DNA of 36,966 nucleotides, from assembly GCA_964591655.1 (NCBI GenBank), contig CAZQDS010000002.1, positions 1-36,966 on the forward strand, in the 5' to 3' direction. Of this stretch, positions 1 through 8,290 are shown one piece after another. The number at the start of each line of letters is the position of its first letter. Position 1 is the stretch's first letter. The translations under genes were made by a program, and so were the position numbers. Below the pieces are notes generated by a model that was given only the letters and a program-made list of their open reading frames with translations, ran no database searches and was not told where the DNA came from. This DNA is from an uncultured Methanosarcinales archaeon. GTDB taxonomy: Archaea; Nanobdellota; Nanobdellia; Woesearchaeales; UBA9642.

Positions 1-3000
1 TGTCTCTCCTAAGGCAGACTCATTATTGAGATGCCATAATGCAACAAGACCGCTCATATTAGATTGCACTTCACCATTCCATCTTGTTTCTACAGGAGCG
101 AATGTCCCTGATTCATTAGTGTAAAGAGTCATATTGATGACGTAATACTCGTCTGTTGCGTTGCTCACAAATGACACTGGCGATGTCAGGGTGTTATTGC
201 CATTATTCGGATTCTGAAGTGTCACTGTCAATTGCTGTAATATCATGACTGTGGAACTATTCATAGGGGAGCTGTTAAGCTCATTGTCATTGGCTGTACA
301 CTCGAATGTCCAGTTCTGTCCTCTCACTACTGTTGCAGTCAGGTTATTTACTGAAACATCTTCCAATGAAGGAGAATATGATGTTGTCACGCCGCTGTTA
401 TTAAGTGCGCCATTAAGGAACCATCTATAATAATATCTTAATGTATCATCGCCATCAATAGAGTCTGCGCCTAAGCATTTTCCTTCCAATGTGTCATTAG
501 TATATGCTACGGACGGACTTATAGTGGATGTGCCCATATCTGGTGCAGAATTGAGGATAGTGAGATTATTGCTGCATCCGGTTGATTCCCCATCAGAATC
601 AGTCGCTGTAACGCATGCACTCCATATGTCTCCACGATTCGTATCTCCAGAGCTTAATGTCCTGTGAAGTGTTGAAGGTGTTGAATAATACGAATACATC
701 GCTGTCCAATAATATTTATTAGATACTATCAGGTCATCTATTGATGCATTGACGCCCGAAGCATTGCACCCCCCTAGTATGATGTCTCCTGTTATAGATG
801 TCAACGGGGCAAAACTCAAAGACGTGTCGAATGAACCATTTATGAATATATAGTATGCGTTGGTTCTTGATATGACTATGTGCTGCCATGTATTGTTCTG
901 GAAAGTTTTTGTACTGTTCTTTTCATATATCCCTGTGCCGTTTATGACTCTGAGCCTTACTTTGTTGTTTATGAGATGCAATTGATACATTGTGCTGTTG
1001 CCCTGGCTTATTATGCATCCATCATTTCCTGATGTGTTTATCCAAAATGCGAGGGTGAAATTATTTGTTATGTTTGTGTTTCCTGATATGTTTATATAAT
1101 TTGTAGTGTTGAACCTATATGCTCCTCCGACTTTTCCACCGACAAATACTGGCGATCCATATTTTGTACCATTATTTCCATAAGTAGTATAATCCTTGAC
1201 GTTAGAATAATTATAATTGAAAGGCATATTTATTGTCGCCACAGATGTCCCATTCTGCCGCCAATCAGTATTATTGTAAACTGCATCGCCATCTATATCT
1301 GCCTGATTAAAATAAACATTCAGGTTCTTGTTAGAATAATTTGTCCCGTCGGAAGAGTTTATAATTATGCTTGTGACATTCGGTAAAAACCCAGATATTG
1401 TCAATACAGAACTGTTCAATGGACTGCTCACATATATACTATCGTTTGCTGTGCATTCTAATGTCCAATTCTGTCCTTTTGCAAGAAGTGATGATGAGAT
1501 ATTCGCGACATTGACTTCCACTCCAGGCAGGATACTCACATTCCAATACATTGCCTCTTCATAGAATCTATTATTGACACTTGCATTGGCTATATTGTAC
1601 CATGCTGTTCCATTGTAACAATAAAGTGTTTGTGTTGGTCCTATGCCCACATACGCATATTGAAACATCAATGGCGCTTGATTCCAGCAAGCTTGCGGGA
1701 TAGAATAATTTGTTGCTGAACCCCAAGCTCTCACTTGCCAAAGGCTGCCATTATTTGCATTCAATGGTTTGGTGTAGTTGACATAAAAATATGATCCTAG
1801 AGCATTTGCAGAAGCAGTGGTGCTCCAGTTTCCATCATATGTGTATCCCACATTTGTCCAAACTCCGGCAGTGTAATATGTTCCAGTGCTCAATCCCCCG
1901 CATGTCGTCGAGACATTTGCACTTTCCTGATAACAGAAGCTATATCCTCCATATGTCCCCGAGGTGTTCAATGCTCCATTGAGGAACCATCTATAATTAT
2001 AGCTGTATGGATATGTGTCATTGTAAGCGCTGGAATTGCAGTATCCCAATAATGTATCATTCGCGTATGCCGTAGTCGGAGCAATCCTTGATGATAATAT
2101 CTGTGGTATGACAATGAATGTGAAATTGCTTGCGGACCATGCATAATTTGTCGCATTATCTACTGCAAGCACATTCCAAGTATAATTGCCTGGGGATAAA
2201 GAGCGGTTCTGGAATACCGGATAGAATTTTGTTCTAGTGTAATTGTATATCGTCAAGATTTCTGTGTCGCTCAGTGATCTGTTCCATACTGCCACCTCAT
2301 CTATGGATCCGTTGAAATCATTCCATCCTATATAAAAATCTTGATCGCCGTCCAGTAATGGTCCGGAGAGTGCGTATACGTCCGTATTATTTTTGACTCC
2401 ATTGACGAAGACATCTGCATGTGTTCCGTTGTATCTGCCGGCTATCATGGTCCATTGTCCTGCAGGAGTAGAATTTACAGAACCTGCCGCATAGTGTCCA
2501 CCATTGTTGGTCGAATTCACTACATGTAAATATACTGCATTATCTGTACCAATGGCCAGATAAAACATTTCGTAATTACCGCTGACGGTCCCGTCGTTTC
2601 TCTTACTGACAATTTCTCCGCCTTCACCACCTTGTATAGACTGATTGCGCAAAGGGTTGATCCATGCCATTACAGTCAAAGCAGTCCAGTTAGTGAAGTA
2701 ATCGCTATCAGGATAAGAGAAATCAGTATAAGTCGGTTGCTTATACTGCGCTCGACCAAATCTGCCTGAAGCATAAGGGGGACAAGTGCCACTGCATGAA
2801 AGATTGATGCCATTCCCGGACCAATCACGGATATAAGTATCATTCTCTCCGAATGCCGACTCATTGTTGAAATGATACAATGCACGCAAGCCACTATCGT
2901 TCCAAGCGACTTCGCCATTCCATCTAGTCTCCTTAGCAGCCCAACTTCCAGACTCGTTGGTGTATAATGTGGCGTTGACAATTCCATTGATGTCAGTTAT

Positions 3001-6000
3001 ATTGGAGATGAAGAATACTGGAGAGATGACGGAAGTATTGCTATTAGTAGGATTGACCAATGTGACATTCATCGTCAATGAGTAATTGCTGAAACTTGTG
3101 ACATTGAAAGTATAATTGTTTCCAGAATGATTTAGAAGCGCACATGTTGTGCAAGGGACTCCGTCTTTCAAGATTACAAGATTAGGATATGGCGCATTGT
3201 ATATTGTTAAGTTCGCAGAGCTATTTATTGATGAATGCAACCCAGAAGAATTGACATAAATCCATCCAGTGCCCATCTTTACATGAGAGTCGAAGTTTGC
3301 TCCTGAAACATTTATTCCATTTTTCCACCTAATTCTCCCGTATGAGGGCATATCTAACGTGACGTTCGTTATGTTATAGAGTTGTGTTGAATTGTATCCT
3401 GTGAAATTAGTTGTTGCGCCGCCAAAATTCGTGACATTCGGAGGAAGCGCAGTAGATGAAGGATTATATGTGACATATATGGAGAATTGAAAATTGTCTG
3501 TGGTTGGGGTGAATGGCCAAGGATCTTCTGGGGCAGTATAATCTTTCCTGCTTGAAGCGTCACCATATACATTCGCTGAATTTGAATCATAAAATATGCG
3601 TATTTCTGTAAATGAAAAACCATTATATATTGAGTTTCCTGAGCCCAACATGTTAAGGACATATGTCGATGCGCTGGATATGGATGCGCCACTCAAGGTT
3701 ATTCTGATCCATGCGGCACGTCTGTCTGTTCCTGTACTCTCTCCATAATCAACCTGTGAATGCTGATCAGTTCCTGGATCATCTTTAAGATTTACGAATC
3801 CTTTGACGTCATAATTCGCATCAGCCTCCATATACGCAAAGATGTCTATTAAAGTCCCATCGGCTCCCAAATAATCGTTCCCTGCCCTATAATCATTGAA
3901 TGCCCCCCATCCGTCATTATCGGCTAATTTTTGCGTGGAGCCTCCCGTAGTATTATACCCCAGTACTGAAGGGTCAATTCTTACAGGATAAACGGCATCA
4001 TCCAAGAATTCCTGCGGGACTGTCAATGTCATGACACCAGTACCGGAATCTATATGCATGTCTGCCCATACTGTGTCATTGTTCGCATCATAAACTAATG
4101 GTCTCAATATATGGAATGCTTTTCCAGTCTTGTATTCATTGTTCTTCTTTGATGAATGATATACTGCATAGCTTCCGACAATATTCTCTGGCCTGTGACG
4201 TCCTTCACAGTCTGTGGCATTACAGGAACTATTCCCCAGCTCAATATCCAGCGGCGGCTGATAATAGAATGAAAGATTCTCTGAATCGATGTTGAAATCG
4301 AAAGTGTTTGTTGACGGCAATGAATCAAGGACTATATCAAACTCCATCCCTCCTGCACCATTGACACCATCAATCCCGATTGTCCTTACATCAATCCTGT
4401 AATCATCATACGTAAGATTGATTGTATTATTGTATGTATTGTATGATTGCGGCATATTTTCATCAAGGTAAAAATTCAGTTTCGCTTCCCTATCCCATTT
4501 GCCCATGAAAAGTTTCGGTTCAAACCTGTCCTCTCCGCCAATTACTGCATCAAGCTTCTCATCATTGGAGAACTCTATGCTCACGATTTTCGGCATCCGT
4601 GCCACAGCTAATGGAATAATGTCGCTTCCGTTTATTGCATTGACAGGGATCTCATATCTTATCCTCTTCTTTACAGTCCCTAGATCCAATTCATCTGTAT
4701 ACTCATCGACATAGCTTACGATGCTTTTCCTTGTGGCGACAATGCTCAAGTTCTTGCCTTGCTTGCCTATGATTTTCGGCTCTTCTAATCCTCTCAAGAC
4801 AGCGTCTTCTTTGTATCTCACATAGTTTTCATCAGCAAAAATATAAGTCAAATTTGACGCATTATAATATACTATGAATGTGTTGCTTACACTGACTTCT
4901 TCACCATCAGTCACGTATATATAGAATTCTTGAGGGTATGGTGAGATTGGCGTTATTGTCAAGATGTTGTTGTCCAATGAATAGTCTACTTCTTCATTGC
5001 TCATGAAATCATAATCAAGGTCTTCCCCTTCCGGATCATAGAAATATTCAGACAGGTCGATATCTGCAGTCCCGTAAACATCTGATATATCTTTTATTTG
5101 TATTGGGGGTTGATTGATTATTTTTTGGGTGTAGATTATCTTCTCTAGGTAGAATTCTCCTTCTGTCACTTCAATTATTATAGAGAGATTGTATGGTGAA
5201 ATGTCGATGTCGCATGTGTCCATGCATCCGTCTGTTATCATGGAAAATGCTTCTGTGATATTCATTATTGTTTCTGTACCGTTCATGGTTTGATTGATGG
5301 TTTCATTGCTATCTGTCTCGTTAATATGCGTCGTGATGTTTATGTCTATAATCGTTTGATTGGTCTCATTTGCCGATTCATCGATTTTTGGTTCACGCTC
5401 AGTGATATTCGGTTCTGTGATCGTGTCGTTGATGCCTATGATTGTGTCATTTATGCCTATTGTCTCCCTTTCTTTCCTTACAGCATATCCTGTTATCAGG
5501 TTCATCATGTTCCCCGATCCTTTAGTTTCCACGGATTCGTATATGACATACTCTGTTGTTGTTCCTCCGATTTCGGATGTGAGTTTCATGACGAACTGCC
5601 CATCATATTTTCCGGCGATACGTATGCTTGTAAGGTTGTTCGTGTTATTGCTGTCCGCGATGATGTTGAAATAGTACTCTGTCGTGCCTACAGTGTAATT
5701 TTGGTCTACGGAGAATGTATATTCTGTGTTTTGTTCAAATGTCACAAATCCAGTCAGTGATGGCTCCATAAATGAATAGAATAACATCGAGAACATCATG
5801 ACTATCGCTGCCGACAAGATTACTTGATTCTTATACCTGAATTTCGGTTCCTTCTCCTTTATAGAATTTATCTTTTTATTCAATTCATAAATGTATGATT
5901 TTGCCGTGCTGCCTTTTGTTATGCTCTTGATCATGAAATCTGCTTCATTCCTTTTCATTTCTCCTTTTCTTACGCGCCTATCTAGTCCATCGACTAGCTT

Positions 6001-6042
6001 GATGAAGCCTTCCCTTTCCTGCATCAATTTTTGTTTATCCAT
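1..6042 (-). CDS. Giant membrane-anchored, N-glycosylation-sequon-rich surface protein (at least 2014 aa; C-terminus beyond the window). N-terminal cytoplasmic segment plus TM anchor, NxT/S-rich spacer, cadherin-like module, then repeated LamG (concanavalin-like) and Ig-like modules
   Basis: Not in the ORF track because it has no in-window stop. I hand-translated the minus frame whose codons end on coordinates divisible by 3. It is open in every stretch I translated (421-3060 and 3661-6042). Start is ATG at 6042 (MDKQKLMQEREGF...). TM segment is VILSAAIVMMFSMLFYSF. LamG_3-type strings include LYHFNNESAFGENDTYIRDWSGNG, TALTVMAWINP, GQWTMIAGRYNGTHADVFVNG and GSIDEVAVWNRSLSDTEI. YxYRWFLNG...GQNWT(F/L)ECTAND modules recur. 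All ORFs listed in 1-6000 are in other frames or on the other strand. Confidence 0.85.
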   Translation of the reverse strand, partial: MDKQKLMQEREGFIKLVDGLDRRVRKGEMKRNEADFMIKSITKGSTAKSYIYELNKKINSIKEKEPKFRYKNQVILSAAIVMMFSMLFYSFMEPSLTGFVTFEQNTEYTFSVDQNYTVGTTEYYFNIIADSNNTNNLTSIRIAGKYDGQFVMKLTSEIGGTTTEYVIYESVETKGSGNMMNLITGYAVRKERETIGINDTIIGINDTITEPNITEREPKIDESANETNQTIIDINITTHINETDSNETINQTMNGTETIMNITEAFSMITDGCMDTCDIDISPYNLSIIIEVTEGEFYLEKIIYTQKIINQPPIQIKDISDVYGTADIDLSEYFYDPEGEDLDYDFMSNEEVDYSLDNNILTITPISPYPQEFYIYVTDGEEVSVSNTFIVYYNASNLTYIFADENYVRYKEDAVLRGLEEPKIIGKQGKNLSIVATRKSIVSYVDEYTDELDLGTVKKRIRYEIPVNAINGSDIIPLAVARMPKIVSIEFSNDEKLDAVIGGEDRFEPKLFMGKWDREAKLNFYLDENMPQSYNTYNNTINLTYDDYRIDVRTIGIDGVNGAGGMEFDIVLDSLPSTNTFDFNIDSENLSFYYQPPLDIELGNSSCNATDCEGRHRPENIVGSYAVYHSSKKNNEYKTGKAFHILRPLVYDANNDTVWADMHIDSGTGVMTLTVPQEFLDDAVYPVRIDPSVLGYNTTGGSTQKLADNDGWGAFNDYRAGNDYLGADGTLIDIFAYMEADANYDVKGFVNLKDDPGTDQHSQVDYGESTGTDRRAAWIRITLSGASISSASTYVLNMLGSGNSIYNGFSFTEIRIFYDSNSANVYGDASSRKDYTAPEDPWPFTPTTDNFQFSIYVTYNPSSTALPPNVTNFGGATTNFTGYNSTQLYNITNVTLDMPSYGRIRWKNGINVSGANFDSHVKMGTGWIYVNSSGLHSSINSSANLTIYNAPYPNLVILKDGVPCTTCALLNHSGNNYTFNVTSFSNYSLTMNVTLVNPTNSNTSVISPVFFISNITDINGIVNATLYTNESGSWAAKETRWNGEVAWNDSGLRALYHFNNESAFGENDTYIRDWSGNGINLSCSGTCPPYASGRFGRAQYKQPTYTDFSYPDSDYFTNWTALTVMAWINPLRNQSIQGGEGGEIVSKRNDGTVSGNYEMFYLAIGTDNAVYLHVVNSTNNGGHYAAGSVNSTPAGQWTMIAGRYNGTHADVFVNGVKNNTDVYALSGPLLDGDQDFYIGWNDFNGSIDEVAVWNRSLSDTEILTIYNYTRTKFYPVFQNRSLSPGNYTWNVLAVDNATNYAWSASNFTFIVIPQILSSRIAPTTAYANDTLLGYCNSSAYNDTYPYSYNYRWFLNGALNTSGTYGGYSFCYQESANVSTTCGGLSTGTYYTAGVWTNVGYTYDGNWSTTASANALGSYFYVNYTKPLNANNGSLWQVRAWGSATNYSIPQACWNQAPLMFQYAYVGIGPTQTLYCYNGTAWYNIANASVNNRFYEEAMYWNVSILPGVEVNVANISSSLLAKGQNWTLECTANDSIYVSSPLNSSVLTISGFLPNVTSIIINSSDGTNYSNKNLNVYFNQADIDGDAVYNNTDWRQNGTSVATINMPFNYNYSNVKDYTTYGNNGTKYGSPVFVGGKVGGAYRFNTTNYINISGNTNITNNFTLAFWINTSGNDGCIISQGNSTMYQLHLINNKVRLRVINGTGIYEKNSTKTFQNNTWQHIVISRTNAYYIFINGSFDTSLSFAPLTSITGDIILGGCNASGVNASIDDLIVSNKYYWTAMYSYYSTPSTLHRTLSSGDTNRGDIWSACVTATDSDGESTGCSNNLTILNSAPDMGTSTISPSVAYTNDTLEGKCLGADSIDGDDTLRYYYRWFLNGALNNSGVTTSYSPSLEDVSVNNLTATVVRGQNWTFECTANDNELNSSPMNSSTVMILQQLTVTLQNPNNGNNTLTSPVSFVSNATDEYYVINMTLYTNESGTFAPVETRWNGEVQSNMSGLVALWHLNNESALGET

Positions 6043-6472
6043 TCTTTTTCAATGCCCGATGATATATTGTCCAGATAGTCCTATCGTCGCGTTGGAGTAG
6101 GATCGCTATCTGATGGAGTGTAAGATCATGATTTTTCTTGAGGTAATAGACTGCCGTCTCCAATATGCTGGTATCTTTTGCGAAGAAAGACAACGGGATA
6201 TTGTACTGTGTATCCTTATATTCCAGTCTTTTCCCTTTCACATTGTTGTATGTCGTCCATATTGTCTTGTTGCTTCTCTTGAGTTTTTCAGAGATCTTCT
6301 GGATAGTCATCCCCCTGTTCTCTTTCAAGTGCTTGACTACGCTTTCAAGTGGCGCTAGCCCATTAAGAAATATCGTTATAGGTATCTTTTCCTGCTTTTC
6401 TGAGATTAATATATCTATCAGTTCCCTCTTTGAAAGGGAGTTCAAGAATTTTACATAAGGGTCTTGCTGCAT
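6035..6472 (-). CDS. Small tandem-HTH protein with two sigma70-region4/LuxR-like helix-turn-helix modules; paralog of 14488..15009
   Basis: Internal duplication: IPITIFLNGLAPLESVVKHLKENRGMTIQKISEKLKRSNKTIWTTYNNVKGK and IPLSFFAKDTSILETAVYYLKKNHDLTLHQIAILLQRDDRTIWTIYHRALKK. Both fit the pattern Ls.lE..v.yL.....t..qIa..L.r...Ti......a.kK. The stop codon (6035-6037) lies inside the start of the giant ORF, giving an 8-nt overlap. Confidence 0.8.
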   Translation of the reverse strand: MQQDPYVKFLNSLSKRELIDILISEKQEKIPITIFLNGLAPLESVVKHLKENRGMTIQKISEKLKRSNKTIWTTYNNVKGKRLEYKDTQYNIPLSFFAKDTSILETAVYYLKKNHDLTLHQIAILLQRDDRTIWTIYHRALKKNG

Positions 6473-6547
6473 TCTGAATGCTTGTGAGTTAAAATTCTTA
6501 ATTTGTAGGTATTTGTCTTTATAAATATTGTCTTTATATTTAAAATA

Positions 6548-6599
6548 TGTAAGTATAGAAACATATATTGTAAGTATATTTCCCTAATATGTAATTATT
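6548..6599. promoter_or_regulatory. Three TGTAAGTAT-like boxes at exact 21-bp spacing, upstream of the tandem-HTH gene 6035..6472
   Basis: tgtaagtata at 6548-6557, tgtaagtata at 6569-6578, and tgtaattatt at 6590-6599. The flanks also repeat (atatgtaagtata / tattgtaagtata). Confidence 0.55.
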
Positions 6600-6647
6600 C
6601 ATGACAAAAATGATAATATGATATAAAATGCTTATATGACAAGTAAG

Positions 6648-6683
6648 AATTCAAGCGTTCCCATTAATTCAAGCGTTTCCATT
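6648..6683. repeat. 18-nt perfect-tandem duplication (1 mismatch) covering the stop codon and last codons of the 6669..7076 gene
   Basis: aattcaagcgttcccatt (6648-6665) is followed directly by aattcaagcgtttccatt (6666-6683). Both copies read NGNA-stop on the minus strand. Confidence 0.8.
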
Positions 6684-7076
6684 TCTTGACTTATGATAGC
6701 AGTATTGTGCTAATAGATAGTATGTGTTTGAAGAAATGTCTCGATCCTTGAATATGCCCCATCTAGAAAGATAGTCCATAAGCTGAGATTTATATTCCAT
6801 CTTATCACTTTTCTCCATCATCTCTGGAGGAGGCTCGTCTGCTGCTGGAGAAAGATCATTTTTCATAAGGATAAGAATCAAATTTTCATTCACGTATACA
6901 TTTGATGCGACGGGAACAGTAAATTTTCGCAAGGACTCATGGGCGTTCACGAAATTGGCAAGTTCCTTATACGCAAAATTCCTTTTTTTCTCCACAGTCA
7001 TTCTGCTTATCTTTTCATGCAATTTATTGACATCATCCGCTAATTTACCCATGCTGAGAGAATATCTGCGCCACAT
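6669..7076 (-). CDS. Hypothetical protein (135 aa), no recognisable domain
   Basis: ORF track only. A TATA-like aattatataaaac lies about 45 nt upstream on the minus strand. No motif recognised. Confidence 0.5.
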   Translation of the reverse strand: MWRRYSLSMGKLADDVNKLHEKISRMTVEKKRNFAYKELANFVNAHESLRKFTVPVASNVYVNENLILILMKNDLSPAADEPPPEMMEKSDKMEYKSQLMDYLSRWGIFKDRDISSNTYYLLAQYCYHKSRNGNA

Positions 7077-7270
7077 ATAAACTTTTCCATCAACTATTTT
7101 GTTCTTGTTCCGAAAGTTTTATATAATTGGGAAATATCCTAATATTATGAGAAGCTTGTTTGAGGACAAAAACACAAGAAGTGTTGGTTTAGTTCATCAT
7201 AGATAAAGATATTCTTAGATTATTCTATATAAAAAAATTATTCTTGATTGCAGCATATTTATTCTTATAT

Positions 7271-7396
7271 GGCATTTGTGGTGTCATAAAAATCTGTAAA
7301 TTTTTGGGACGCAAAAAAGTCAAAGACTTTTTTTGCGTAATGGTAGCATGCAGGCTTGTGGAGCCTGAGGCCCGAGTTCGATTCCCGGCGGATGCC
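7271..7396 (+). tRNA. tRNA-His (anticodon GUG) with encoded G-1 and a ~54-nt insertion (putative non-canonical intron, about 7285-7338) in the D-arm/D-loop
   Basis: Anticodon arm is caggc/ttGTGga/gcctg (7351-7367) with U33 and G37. T-arm is ccgag/ttcgatt/cccgg (7372-7388) with one A-C mismatch. The 3' acceptor cggatgc plus C73 (7389-7396) pairs 8/8 (two G-U pairs) with ggcatttg at 7271-7278, giving the His-specific G-1:C73 pair. U8 is at 7279. D-stem gtgt (7281-7284) pairs with gcat (7346-7349). D-loop GG is at 7342-7343. CCA is not encoded. Confidence 0.6.
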
Positions 7397-7428
7397 CATT
7401 TAAAAAAATATGGAGGAGAAGAAAATGA

Positions 7429-8289
7429 ATGAAGACAAACAACAAAAAAATAGTGAATATTTGGAGGCTAAGGTGTTGCAGGATACTGGTTGTATTCACT
7501 TATCTTGTAACTAAAGATATAGTTGAAACGCTAGAAAGAAAAATAGGGTACAAATTGAGTGATTCTTTAAGAGAAGATATTAAGTTTTTAGAAAATGAGT
7601 TTCTATATAGGTTCTGGCAATATATCCCTGATAATATACGAAAAACGGCGATTGATGCTAATACAGTATCGAAAGAACTTGAAAATATTATACAATTAAC
7701 AGGCCATCCTATAATTAGTCTGGATAAAGTATATTTAACGAATGCAGATGAATATTTGGAAGTTACAAGATTGACTGATCCAAAAACCGGAAATATAACA
7801 ATATCTGAAAGACAAGGGTATAGGCCAATTGAAGAACAGATTAATTCCTTAAAAAAATATAAAAAAATTGTTCTAGCCGATGTTGGTGCCTTTGAGGGAG
7901 GAACACTATTAGATGTAAGCAACATGTTAGAAAGGAACGGATTAGAGATAGAAGAGATATATCTAGGATTTTCTAGCAACGAAGCAAACAAGAGAATAAA
8001 CAATAGTAGAAAATTGACTGTACTGAATTTATTCGATTTCTACGAATGGATTGAAATGCGAGATCTTTTCGGAATTGATGGCCGTGCAGTTAGTAATGAT
8101 TTAGGAATAAAAACATATATTCCCTATTCTGAAAATTTATCAGGCTGGGCAAGTATTCCTAAAGAAAATGAAAAAACAGTTTCAGAAATATGTAATCAAT
8201 ACTACCTCAAATTAATACAGAAATTGTCGAAGGGTGGATTTGATTTGAATAAGATAGGAAAAATAATGCGTTTGGATGGAGGTAAATAA
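7429..8289 (+). CDS. Uncharacterised protein with a phosphoribosyltransferase-like PRPP-loop motif in its C-terminal half
   Basis: 286-aa ORF. KKIVLADVGAFEGGTLLDV resembles the type-I PRTase PRPP-binding loop (hydrophobic strand, acidic residue, then xxxGGT). The N-terminal ~110 aa are unassigned. The true start may be downstream of 7429. The gene abuts the next gene. Confidence 0.55.
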   Translation: MKTNNKKIVNIWRLRCCRILVVFTYLVTKDIVETLERKIGYKLSDSLREDIKFLENEFLYRFWQYIPDNIRKTAIDANTVSKELENIIQLTGHPIISLDKVYLTNADEYLEVTRLTDPKTGNITISERQGYRPIEEQINSLKKYKKIVLADVGAFEGGTLLDVSNMLERNGLEIEEIYLGFSSNEANKRINNSRKLTVLNLFDFYEWIEMRDLFGIDGRAVSNDLGIKTYIPYSENLSGWASIPKENEKTVSEICNQYYLKLIQKLSKGGFDLNKIGKIMRLDGGK

Positions 8290-8290
8290 A

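Noticed and set aside
1-6030. A 6-kb stretch without long ORFs in the track. I considered a non-coding region, a decayed pseudogene, or an alternative genetic code.
   Set aside because: One minus-strand frame is continuously open with standard-code, domain-like protein sequence. It is missing from the track only because it has no stop inside the window.
7306-7336. The strong hairpin gcaaaaaagtc/gactttttttgc with a T-run, read as a terminator, which would make the downstream tRNA part a 5'-truncated fragment or a split-tRNA half.
   Set aside because: A matching 5' acceptor (with G-1), U8 and the D-stem strand lie just upstream at the right spacing. An intervening sequence is therefore the more economical reading. 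The anticodon loop is intact, unlike known split tRNAs. This remains unproven.
7244-7432. A 62-aa plus-strand ORF.
   Set aside because: It is read through the tRNA-His gene and its insertion. The product has no protein-like features.
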